Both the position numbers and the translations under genes were made by a program. 64,000 nucleotides of DNA. Origin: Callorhinchus milii. Lineage: Eukaryota. A model generated the notes under the pieces. It was not told the DNA's origin. It did no database searches and was given only the letters and a program-made list of their open reading frames with translations. This document shows, one piece after another, positions 25,289 through 37,400 of this stretch. The DNA is taken from positions 118,050,001 through 118,114,000 of the forward strand of contig NW_024704742.1 in the NCBI RefSeq assembly GCF_018977255.1, in the 5' to 3' direction. The stretch's first letter is position 1. Each line of letters begins with the position of its first letter.

Positions 25289-27507
25289 AACATATTTCAA
25301 TGTTATTTAAAGCTGTTCAATGTCTAGCATTCCAAAACTTAGTTTAATCTTGGTATTATTTGTAAGAAATAGGTTAGACTTTTTGTTGCAATGCATCGCC
25401 CTTGAATTCTGGAGATTCACAGAAAATAAACCAAGATAATGCAGTTTTAGCTTTTCCATTAGTCAAGCATGCAGAGGAAATGGAAGGAGAAAAAATTATC
25501 TCGAACATTTCCATTTTCTCCCCCCCACCCCTTCATTAAAACCTACTTCATGCTATCTAGCATTCTGGATTGTCCAGCCTGCTGACATATTGGGGAATGC
25601 AACCAACCCTTGGACAAAACTGGCTGATTGAAAAACTGGTCCTCATGTCAGCTGTGACAGATTGAATGCACGTCACTGGATCTAAAACCCCACACCCTTG
25701 TGTTAAAGATCTTGCCTTACCTAACATGCAGAGTTTTGGCAAATAGAATTTCATTTATTTTTTATATTTATTTATTATTAATTAATTTTTATGTTGGTCC
25801 TTCCTTCATTCCCCCAAAATCAATTAGTGTTAGGTCTGGAACTAAAGTTCATCCAAGAGGCTATAAAAGTAGGTAATTCTAACCATGGATCTCACTACTA
25901 CCACTACACACTTCACAGTACTTGTCCGGCTAAGGCTGAATATGCATTAGGACTTTAGCTCACAGCAATGAGGATATATCTGTACCTCAAAGTTTCATCG
26001 ATACTCAGACAGTCTGACAAACCATTAATGTTGCCTTAAATTACTGTAGTCTTGACAACGACCCTGTATAAATGAAAAGCAAAATTCGAACAAATACTGG
26101 ATTCAGTCAGTTCAGACCATTCAGTCACAACAGAAACAAATTGTGAGGCTCGGCGTCCTGTGAGCATTTTTAAGAGTAAAATAAGGACACAGCAGTGAAG
26201 CCTTAATTAAATTTTTAATCTAGATTTCTAAAATTAAACATCACTGAACACTGCTAAATAAAATAGGCTAAATAGCATATGGTATTAAGTATTGATCAGT
26301 TTTAACTCAAATAATGTTGCAGATGCACCAAAAGTCAGTGTCTTGAGCCAATAGAAAATTGTGGAAATATTCACCCAAAATTGTGGGGTAATTTGACAAA
26401 TTTTGTGTAAAATTGCAGGGAGTTGATTGGTGCAATTGATGCACATTTTACTGCCAACCGACATTTTTTCACTTTATTGATCAAAACTAAACATGAAGAA
26501 ATAACACATTAGATTGTTGCAAAAAAATTAATGCTTTCTTTAACAAAACCACAGAAACACACACACATACATACATTCACACTCATAGACACAGAGTGAG
26601 GAGAGAACACAAGACAGAGAGCCATACAGACAGAGACACACACACAGGAGAGACACACTAACACAGAGCCGTTTGTGGGGAACAAATGGTTTTAAGGAAG
26701 AACGTAGGATTTTACATTGTGCTTAAATTCTACTGCAAGTGGATAATCTGACTGATACCTCCTATTTTACCATGAAGTCTTTATGCACAAAGATGCACTG
26801 AAAGGCAGAAGTATTGTGAGAGCACTCGAATGAGACAGTGTCAACCAACTGATTTTTTTTGTTTAACAAAGTAAAATCCACAAAAAGAAGCTGATAAATA
26901 GGAATAAGGAAGAGAACTGGTGGAGTAGTGAGTTTCCTTTTGCTGGTGGAACCTCTTCTAAGACTGAGGTTAAAGTAGATTGTTGGGGGAATGAAAGGGC
27001 TAGCATATAAATTAATCAATAATAGATAAATATCAAAATTGTATTTGCCTAAACTCTGCATGTAGGTAAGGTAAGACCTTTATCACTAGGGATTTTAGAT
27101 CCAGAGACGTGCATTCAATCTATGGGGAGAAGAGAATGTTTTATTCTAATGTTTTATTCTTGACCTGAATGACAACATGCATCAAAAGTGGAAAAGCATT
27201 CTATTCCCCTAAACTGACATTATTGATTGCGAGAAGCCACAAAACAAGTGACTCGTTCCTAGGAAAAAAAGACTGAGCAGATTAGTGCAACAAAACCTAA
27301 TGTTAACCAACTATTGCCAATTGGGATGGAACTGTAGCTAGTCCGACAATTGGATAACAACAGATAATTACTGAAAATGCTTTTCAAAGCATTCCTGTGC
27401 ATAGTACTGTAACCTGGTTATGAAGTCAGTAGTTTTATTCTCACTCAATGAAGAAAAAGATCAGACTCAGTTTGAGCAGAGGTCAGATTAAAAGTCAGCT
27501 GCCTCAC

Positions 27508-27605
27508 CTTGTTCTTTCCTGAAATCTTTCTCGGATGTGGTGACCGGTAGCAGCAGCTCTCCCACCGGAGGTTGGATGGCGACACTGAACTGATCATTTT
27601 GTGTG
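27508..27605 (-). CDS. AP3B1: AP3B1 coding exon (about human exon 25)
   Basis: tttcag|C ACA...CAA G|gtgagg. 98 nt, phase 2 to 1. Encodes [33 protein letters not shown]. Confidence 0.96.
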
Positions 27606-30298
27606 CTGAAAAATATTAAAAATAAAAGGCTCATGAATCAAGTACAATCAAGTTTAATATGTGCAATATATATTAATACCACATCAAGCTGTTATTGCTC
27701 CATTTTGCTCTCATTTGCATACTGACTGAAAAACCTACTTGGTTAGACTGAAATGTGTCAATGATGAACTGCTTTCAACATTTCATATTTAAGTATCTAT
27801 AATTTTGCCTCGTCCCAAACTATAGTTTCATCCTATCAATCAGTCATTTTCAAATGCTGTCTATAATTTTAAACTAGTCCAATATTACATTTTCATCTAA
27901 TTAGCCATTTTCAAACAGAGTGCTGGATGTGATCTTCGCACACCCCAGTTCCGTGCAAGGATCTGAGCTATACTAAATTCACCAACATTTAAATGGGATG
28001 CAATTCAAAACTGTGAACAGGGTAGGAAAACACAGATTGGGCAATTCCAGTAATCAGTGTAGATACAAAATTTGCATTTAACGGGTTAATAATAACAACA
28101 ATCCTTGCATTTGATATTGAATCTTTAACAATAAAAGTGTTCCACAGGATATATTGTAAAGTGTAGTGACTGTATTTTATAAACATTTCAGATGCTGGTA
28201 TTATACAGTGACATCCATTCTCAGGAATTGGGAAATTATTTCTTTCTAGATCTGAGGTGGTCCACACATTGTAAGAGAGATTCCACCAGAGACGAGCAAA
28301 ACGCTTGTCATGCAAAACCACATACAATGATTGACACCTCTGGCCGATTGATCTCGCTATTACCTCCATCTCCCTGTCCTCGCTTGTATTGCTCTGAATC
28401 TATTGATCGGAACGCCTCCGATCAGTTTCCATTTTCTGATTTCGGGCAGGCCAATTAAGGAGGTGAGTAATTGTGATTACACTGGTAAAAGATCAATTGA
28501 ATTTGTTGAGAGATTCAATACTCCTTTGGAGGAAGCAGGACTCAAACATGATGAGCAGATGTATTCAGAGATAAGCAGCTACTTTAAAATAGAATTTACG
28601 GTTATTTCAATAGGAGATCCCCTCCAAATCGTTAACTTTAAACTAAAAATGAGAATGCTGCAAGTTATTTCAGTTTTTTCTATTGGTCATAGATTAACCA
28701 ATGGTTATAAGTGTGCGATAGGATCTGAAAAGACAGGTTTCTGTAGAAAATTTGCATTTTGTAGACTTTTCCAAAAATGGACATTAAAAATAATTCCCAT
28801 GCTGAGCCTTTTCTTTAAACTAACTGCCTTCCAGTGTAGTCTTTGATGTTTTGGTAAACACTCTTCAGAATTTAGTTCACTCAGATAAAACTTAGATTGG
28901 ATTCTATCTTAGAGTACAACTACACCTGAGTTGAGCAGTTCAAAAATTAATACCTTTAATATGGGAGAGAGAATGTAAAATGAATACTACAAATATGGGA
29001 TAAATTAGTACAATTAATACCCTCAATGTGGAAAATAAAAAACTCACAAGATAGTCTGGTTGGTGTATAATTTACTTGAGCTATTGAGATACTTCAGTAA
29101 GATTGTTAAAGTGCAATTGAAAATGTATGAAAGCTTCCCAATTCACTGTAAACTTATTGCTCACAGGGTTTAGATTTAAGTACAGTATATTAGTGTTTTA
29201 AAGCATTTTTGAACACCCACTATTCTAGAATAATAGTTGTTCTAATTTCAAAAGAAAACAAAGCACATTATACTAGAACAGAAGCAAGTAACCTTTATTT
29301 CTCAATCTTTTCTGGTTTCATTCATATCTCAAAATTGTTCTCTCAAGCCCAAGTTCAATCATTTTATTGTGCACTAATTCCAGAATTCTTCCCCTTCCCA
29401 AAGGACAATCTAAGAGGGGAACGATGGTGAAAACGTCTCAGTTTAATCAAACAAATACTTGATCAACCAATTACCACCATCTCAATGGAGTAACTTCATG
29501 TAACTTAGACTTCATGTGGTCCAGTATTAGACGGTGGTAGCTTTCAAAAGGTTCCATCCACTATGTAACACAACATGGACGAGTATATATAACCTAATAC
29601 AATAATCCGGTATATCAGTACCAATGTCCTGATATAACACAATCAACTATACAATGGATGGAGGGATATTGTAATCAATTGTTTGAACGCTCGTTCCAAA
29701 CCAAGCTTTTCAAAAGTTATGGTACCTGTCAGAAGCTGTGGTGGTTGAGGTGCCAGATCTCAATCTAGCTCAGTCAGAAATCCCCTCAGACAGAGGACCC
29801 AGGCAAAAATTAGACACAGAAGGTTTGAGAATGGCAGGTTATTCACCCACTGGAATCTTGTGAGAGATTCTTGCTTTAAGTGGAAATAAATTTCTCTCAC
29901 CAAGAGATCAGTTGCCACATAAGGCTGTTGCCACATCACTTTAGAAACTAAAGCAGAAGTTTGAGTACTACCTGATCCAGATTACGGTCATAATAACAAT
30001 AATCCACGCATTTGATATAGTGCCTTATCACATCTTCGAGAAGTCTCAAAGCACTTCACAGGATATACTGTAAAGTGAATTGACTGTATTTTTTCTCATG
30101 ATGTGCTTCTCCAGATAGCTCCATATGTTGGAAAAATAACTCATTGCCACAGTAGAGAGACAACTCATTCCAACAAGACTCCTCCACTGTGGAAATCTGC
30201 CACTTTGTTCATGTCCATGAGGTAACCACACAGCCCAATTTGATGCAATTCAACATGCTTTCCAACATGGCAAAGGCCTGGTAGTAGAGTTCATTATT

Positions 30299-30858
30299 AC
30301 AACAACAACCAAATTACATTTATAGAGCCCCTTTCACGTTGGGAAGACGTCCCAAAGCGCTGAACAGTCAGATGTTGGAGCCCGAGCATGGGAGAGAGAT
30401 GGTGTAGGGGGGAGCGAAGGCAGAGAGGTGGGAGGGAGACCAAAGGCATGGTCGAAGAGAAAGGTCTTGAGACCGGCCTCGAAGGAGGCAAGGGAGGAAG
30501 CGAGGCGAAGGGACCGTGGGATGGAGTTCCAGAGCATGGGGGGAGAGAGGCTGAAAGCCCGGTCACCAATGGTCGGGCGGGAGACATGGAGCAGGCCGAA
30601 GCCTGATGAACGGAGGGAGCGGGCAGGTTGGTAGGGAGTCAGCAGGTCAGAGGGAGGAGGGGGCAAGGCCATGGATAGCCTTAAAGGTGAGGACGAGGAT
30701 CTTAAACTCGATCCTCTGGGGGATGGGGAGCCAGTGGAGTCAGGTGAGGGTGGGAGTGATGGGGTCACGGAGCCTGGTGTGTGAGAGTACACGAGCTGCA
30801 GAGTTTTGGATGATCTGCAGCTTGTGAAGGGAAGAGTTCAGAAGGCCGATGAGGAGGG
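30299..30858 (-). mobile_element. L2 LINE 3' part
   Basis: The minus strand encodes DLLTPYQPARSLRSSG...RAFSLSPPMLWNSIPRSLR and ends in the L2 3' hairpin and (TTG)n tail. Confidence 0.9.
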
Positions 30859-31119
30859 ACCAACCTGCCTGCTCCATCCACACAGCTGGCACTAGCCTGC
30901 TTCATGTCCCCCACCCTGCCTTCCCCACCAGCGGCGGTCAGGCCTTCTGCCATCCCCACACTCTGGAACTCCATTAATTTAATAATATAGCAGGCAAATA
31001 TTGAATCAGAGATCATAGTTATGTTGCACACACATTCCTTATAATGCTTCTTGATGCCTTCATTTATGTTCCATTGTTTCTGCTTGGCTCCTGTCATCGC
31101 CTCCTCACTTCAGATGCTG

Positions 31120-31882
31120 ACAGCTATGAATGGATGCTCTTTCCACCTCACCGAGCAAGTACAGAACCTTGGTGTCTTGTTCGACCCTCAACTGTCCTTT
31201 AAACTTCACATCTGTGCCATTTTGTCAGCCTTCCCCAACCTCCACAACATTACCCACCTCCGCTACTACCTCTCCCTTCAGGCCACTGAATCCCTCATCC
31301 TTGCTTTCATTACATCCAGGTTTGACTAAGCCAACTCCCTACTTGCCGACTTCCCAACTCTTCCCTCTACAAGCTGCAGATTATTCAGAACTCTGCAACT
31401 CGTGTTCTCTCCTGCACCAAGCTCCACGAGCTGATCATCCCCATCATCGCCTGGGTTCACTGGCCCCCCCATCCCCCAGAGAATTGAGTTCAAGATTCTC
31501 GTCCTCACTTTTAAAGCCCTTGAAGATCTTGCTCCTCCCTAACTCTGCAACCACTGAAACCTTACCAAACTGCCTGCTCCATCCACTCAGCAGACACTGG
31601 TCTGCTTCATGTCCCCCCACTCTGCCTGCCCCACCAGCGGCGGTCAGGCCTTCTGCCGTCCCCACACTCTGGAACTCTATCAAAGAGTCCCTTCGCCTCT
31701 GTCAAGGACCATCTCAACATCTTCCTCTTTGAGCTTGCCTTCGATAATCCTCCTACCCCCACCCGACCACCACTCTTCGATTCCAACTCCCAGCTCGTGT
31801 GCAAACCCTTGACTGTCCTGTGCCCTAGAATGATTTCCTGACGTAAAAAACACTATATAAATACAAGTTGTTACTGTTGTTA
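31120..31882 (+). mobile_element. Older L2 LINE 3' part
   Basis: Encodes QVQNLGVLFDPQLSF...LILAFITSRFD and ends in the tail TATAAATACAAGTTGTT. Confidence 0.88.
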
Positions 31883-32674
31883 TATTTTTCCACTGTTTTC
31901 ACTGCTTTATTATAAACCTGAAAAAAAATACAACTATAATACAATACAATTGGCTAACAATTAACCTTCACTTTGCTTTTAGAAATCCTAAATTTCTAAA
32001 ATAGCATGCGCCTGTGTTAAGGTACCAGTACAGCAACCTGGATAATCTGGTTGTAGACATACTTGTTTAGGCCCCAGCCATTGCTTGTTAAATACATGGC
32101 CAGAAAACATACAGTTACTACACTTTCCAGTAAATCCTATGTAGTCCCTGACATGAAAAACATTACATCAAATGCAAAGATTATTATTAAAATGCAGAGT
32201 ACTAGTGTACACCACTAAAAGCCCTGCGTGAGATAGAGAAACAGTAGAGCTTCCTCTAGTGATAGCCATGTAGTACTGCAGAAGAACCCCTTCAAGGTAA
32301 TAATGTCCTTGTTATGCTTAAAACTCCAGTATGAATATGGCACTTTAATCATCGCAGCTTTAATTGACAAAGCATTGGACTGATACTTCTGGTCACCAGC
32401 ACAAAATACTGTTTGCAGCTAGTGTTATAAACTGCCACATATTAAATGCATTGCGTGTTTGCGAACATGCACAATAGTCTGTGCGTAAGCAAAGTTAACA
32501 TGAATACAAAATTCACATGATACAAAGTAAAACAAATCCAATCCCATCTCAATTGCTTGTATTAATTCTCTTTATGTTCATGAATGCAAACAGAATATTT
32601 GCACCCACTATTTGATGAAATTTTTTGATGAAACCATCATAAAGCAGACCAGCCAGTAAACAAGCAGCTCTTAC

Positions 32675-32759
32675 CACAAGTGGAAGTTGGCAGCCTGCGT
32701 GGAATCACAGAAGTCAATTCCCATTGAAACCGTCTTAGATTCTCCAACATTAAGGCAAT
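32675..32759 (-). CDS. AP3B1: AP3B1 coding exon (about human exon 24)
   Basis: ttttag|AT TGC...TTG TG|gtaaga. 85 nt, phase 1 to 2. Encodes DCLNVGESKTVSMGIDFCDSTQAANFHL. Confidence 0.96.
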
Positions 32760-33242
32760 CTAAAACAGAAAGCAGTGTGGATTGAAGTTTGCAAATACAC
32801 AAGTGGGAGATATGGTAGTTTCTTTGCTTTCCTAATCTTGACAATATTGAATCAAAGACAACAGTTAACCCTTCAACATCCATAATTTGAAATCTATCCT
32901 TGGAGGCGACAATTATCAGGTGGGCTGTGATAATTATCACTGCTAATAACAAACCCATCGCTGAAAAATGTGGTTGAGTTTAGAACAAGACCGTTACAGA
33001 TATGATTCCGACTCAACTCGAAAGGTTGGCCCCCAACTGCCTGCAGGGACCTTCGGGTTTGTCACCATAGAATTGCTGGGTAATAGAATATTGGTCCAGC
33101 TCTTAATGTTTTTGTTGAGACAGTAGCCTGTGATGAAATTGGGGGAGCAGGTCAGACCCATGACTTGTCTTTAGAAAGGACAAAGATGGACATCAGAGGG
33201 CAGGGTTATTTTTATTCACCTATCAGTACTCATTGAAAGGCA

Positions 33243-33561
33243 TTATAATAATAATAATAATGCATTTGATATAGTGCTTTTCACGTCGGGAGGACGTCCC
33301 AAAGCGCTTCACAGAACACACTGTAAAGTGAATTGACTGTATATTTGTGGGCGAACGCGGCAGCCAATTGCGCACAGCAATGTCCCACAAACAGTCGTAG
33401 ATTGAAAATGACCAATTTATTATTGTTTTTGGTTTTGGAGGGATTATTATTAGGCTCTGTGTGGAGTAAGGAAACTTGCCCAAGGTTTCGCCCTGCCTGG
33501 AATTGAACTCAGGTCTCTCGCTTGCAAAGCGAGTGCTCTAACCATTGAGCTACAGGACTCC
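33243..33561 (-). mobile_element. Full-length young tRNA-SINE
   Basis: Near-identical reverse complement of 14469-14792, with short flanking CATTA repeats. Confidence 0.95.
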
Positions 33562-33710
33562 ATTAACTGATAGCTCGTCCCACACAGGGAATGCATGGCA
33601 AATAAAGATTAGGGGCTTCTTATTCTCAAAGAGAAGAAAGGCTAGAAGCTCAATATCAGATTCATGAGAGGGAGCACCACAGCCCATTATATTTACACTC
33701 TTGTATACGA

Positions 33711-34281
33711 CAGTAAAACTCACATAAGGACCATAACATTTAATATGACTTACGCAAAGTCCGAGTTGCAGGCAAACAGTATAAATCGTATAAAACCTGA
33801 TTTAATCAATAATCCACACTGCACAAGCGTAATTCAATGCGGCCAGTAAGTATGCATGCAATGCTTCGTCACTGCAGCCAGTAACTGTGCATGCGGTGAC
33901 CGGGCAAGATAGCATTTCCCGCGATTCAATGCATCTTCGCCTTTGCTGTATGCGCATTTACCACAAGCATTGGAATCGCAAGAAATGATGTTCTTCTGCA
34001 ATGTCGACGGATCAAGACTATGTTTTCCGCAATTCAATGTAGCCGGCCAGTAAGTGTGCATGTGTCGAGGGGTCAGGACATCATTTCCCGCGATTCAATG
34101 TAGCCAGTAAGTGCGGGAGTAATGGAGTGTAGGGGAGTGGCAATATGAGTTAGGAGGTGATTAATACAAGAAATACAAAGAAATCTCAGTCATTTTGATA
34201 CGAACTGAATTGGACTTGGGTGAATGTACTACTCAAGTGATTATACGATTTACAAAGATATGACATATGTGAGTTTAACTG
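33711..34281. mobile_element. Putative pogo/Tigger-like MITE
   Basis: 16-bp TIRs CAGTAAAACTCACATA and CAGTTAAACTCACATA (1 mismatch); TA on the right flank; internal CpG-rich repeats. Confidence 0.6.
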
Positions 34282-34665
34282 TATTATATATCTATATACA
34301 CACAATTATTTATCCATATAAATTAGCTATTGAAGAGCAAGCTTGAGACAAAAAAAAGTGTACAATAGATATACAAAACGCAAATTATATGTGCTGGACA
34401 GGAGCAAAGAAAAAAATTAATGGGGATGGACCAGGGTGTGGAGGGGGGAGAGAGGGGAAAGTCTATTGACGATAAACAAGGAGCTACTTAGTGGAGCAAG
34501 GAGATTCTTTCGAGGGAGAAAAAATAAGGTCGAGTCAACAAATGCAGAAATCAGCAAGCGTGAGAAACTGCCAGGAATGAAGTTTAGAAAACAATTCATA
34601 TTTGGAACAGAAAAATGAAGAAAAAAAAAAAAATTACGTTTGAATTACTTGCTATTTTTCAGTAC

Positions 34666-34895
34666 CTAGCTTGTGGAAGTCGTGGATCTGCATTCCTGGT
34701 GCGTTTTCGTTCTCCTATTTCGATGTTGGTTATTTCTTTGTCAGAGGTGTTAGTTAGCGTGATCTGAACAGACACCATTTTTGAGCTGTAAATGCATGGC
34801 TGACGTGGAAAATGATACTGTGCCCCAAGGCCTTTACCAGACATACGATGGAGCAGTTCGAACGATTTTGAAGGAACAAATACTGGAGTAGTGAC
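34666..34895 (-). CDS. AP3B1: AP3B1 ear-domain exon (about human exon 23), with an apparent frameshift at ~34703
   Basis: ctacag|GTC ACT...CTA G|gtactg. Encodes VTTPVFVPSKSFELLHRMSGKGLGAQYHFPRQPCIYSSKMVSVQITLTNTSDKEITNIEIGERK, then APGMQIHDFHKL in a shifted frame. Length is 230 nt but the flanking exon phases need 3n+1. Confidence 0.93.
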
Positions 34896-35555
34896 CTGTA
34901 GGTAGAGGTGGAAACAAACATTTACATAAGTTCAGGCAGAAGCACATAGTTTAAAGAAAGAAATCTTGTTCTATATCACTTCAATTCATGTTTGTTTGGT
35001 ATTATCAGGTAAGTTATATTATGTGTTACTTTGGTTTCTCCAAACCAGTTACAGTAAATAATTATGCATTTATAATTACTAGAACTAGACCATTTTTGTT
35101 AGTTCATAATACTCTTATCTCTACTTTTATGTTTGTCTCTTGAATAGAATCAAGCGTAGTCAGTCAATTCTGCCTATTTTTTATGCAACAAATGGAAGAA
35201 TATTCACAAGATTAGTTCAGATGAAGAAGGCCCATTTGACCTAATTCTTCCAAAAAAACGACATCAAAACATCAAGAGTTAAATGAGTCCAGCATTTTAG
35301 CCTTCGTAGTCATTTTCTCTACACCCATTTGCTGTGAATCCCAAACTAAGGTGAACAAGTTTACCAATCCATGAAAATTGCACCGTAGCACTGCTCTAAA
35401 TAATCTGATTGTACAAAATATTTTCCAAAGAAACTAGTTTAAAATTAAGCATAAACCGACACATTTACCAATTGCCCTAAATGTTACCCTTTGTGCTTTC
35501 AAACAAAATTTTTCAAAGCAAATCTCAGTTTCAGATTTTTGCCAATGGAGATGGA

Positions 35556-35918
35556 AATAATAATAATCTGTACATTTGATACAGTGCCTTATCACGTCTT
35601 CGAGACATCTCACAGAAGATACTGTAAAGTGAATTGACTATATTTTTGTGACAAACACAGCAGCCAATTCAGCACAGCAGTGTCCCACAAACAGTCATGG
35701 ATTGAGTGACCAAATTATTATTATTATTAATTTTGAAGGGATTATTAGCCCCTGGAAAGCGATCCGCCAATTGATTAAGGACCAGGCTCCTCCTTAGTGC
35801 TAGGTAAACAGAGACGAGTGGAGTAAGAACATTTGCCCAATGTTTCGCCCTGCCGGGAATCGACCTAGGTCTTCTCGCTTGTGAGCCAAGTGCTCGAAAC
35901 ACTAAGGTACAGGACGCC
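35556..35918 (-). mobile_element. tRNA-SINE, long variant
   Basis: Head, extra internal segment, core and tail on the minus strand. Confidence 0.88.
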
Positions 35919-37174
35919 GCATATCTTACCAACAACTTGCATTTATATAGCGGCCTTTTCAAGGGGTAGCGTCCCAGAGCGCTTGAACCCATAATGTACT
36001 TTTGTTAAAAACAAACTTTTGATAAATGAAAACTATCACTTTCATGACAAATAGCCTTGCAGTTATATATGAGAACTATTAAAATGTTAAATACATTGAT
36101 ATTTTTATAGTCATAAATTCTCTCTAGAAATGTTTATTCTGATCCCTTCATACATTATTCCCTTAGCAGTCCTGCTTTGCAATCTCTGTTCCTATGCAGG
36201 AGCTGGCCAAAGAGTCACCAGGTTGCTCTATAGTGTATGAGGATAGCAGAACATCTCTGTGCAAAACATTTACAAGGAGCAAAATTGCAGGGTCCAAAAA
36301 GCCCGATGCATTGAAAGGACACCACAGTGGTTGACATATTTCATCTGTTTATTGCGATAAGTAAATAGCCCGTGGAATGACAGTGCACATAACTGTCAAA
36401 TGAGTAACACTTAGGTTTAGTGAAACATTTATATGGGCCTTTACCTCTCTTAAAATCAGACAGCATCTCTCAATGTCATCCAAGAGAAAAGTCTTACATT
36501 TTTAACACTTCACTAAAAAATAACTGAAGAGTGTAAAATGACAAATACCTCGTGTAGTTAGCTGGTAATGGACCATACTCTCAACTCATTTAGATTTATA
36601 CAATATAAACTTGTCACTAATAATTAATTTATGAGACAGCTGCTCTCAGAATCTTCCAAGTCTATTATTGTAGAAGCTCTTAAGCTTTACCTTCTAAAAG
36701 CAGAGGAGGTTTCAAAACCATTTTTAAGAAAAAAAAGACAGATCTCTAATAATCTGAAAGCAAAAGCTTAAAAACAACAGGTAGCAAAATGAACTAAATT
36801 GGGTTAAATGGATGTAATATTGTACAACTAAGCACTTTTGAAAATTAAAGCCTTTACCATGTCTCCACATACACTTTTAGGTAATGGTAACTTACAGGAG
36901 CTGTGTTTGCAAAGCACTTAGTGTCACTTATACTTAGTGCAAGCAATAGTTCAAACAATGTCTATTTTGTACGAAATAAAAATCTATTTGCAAGTTGCTG
37001 AGTTTTATGAGGTGATGCCATTGCCTCACTAATAATCACCAGTTCACTGGCCCACTCATTTTTCATACAACTAGTAGGCAAATGTAAAAGCAGATTTTCA
37101 TTTCATATTTAAAGTAGTGCTGCTGTGGGTGACCCTACTACATTACACCATAGAATAGTTAGGTAGATATTTAT

Positions 37175-37290
37175 TGTTTCGCCCACAAAATATACAGTCA
37201 AATAACTTTACAGTATATTCTGTGAAGCACTTTGAGACATTTTGAAGATATGATAAGGCATTATATTAAATGCAAGGATTATTGTTATTA
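37175..37290 (+). mobile_element. SINE 3' fragment
   Basis: Matches the SINE tail consensus. Confidence 0.8.
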
Positions 37291-37367
37291 TCTAACTTAC
37301 TCAAGAAGGAGGTGATCAGTCGAGCCAGCTTGAAGGGAATCAGAGAGTTTAAGCAGGATGGGGCAAG

Positions 37368-37400
37368 GTGTTTGTGTGATGTGTGTGTGTGTGTGTGTGC
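37368..37400. repeat. Imperfect (GT)n microsatellite
   Basis: Read directly from the sequence. Confidence 0.85.

Noticed and set aside
27989..28846. 126-aa and 147-aa ORFs
   Set aside because: No recognisable domain or splice support, and they overlap a SINE remnant and a putative non-coding element.
34659..34665. Alternative terminal exon reading through the donor to TGA (…PQARY*)
   Set aside because: The shifted frame matches the conserved protein and all downstream exons are intact, so a frameshift explains the data better.
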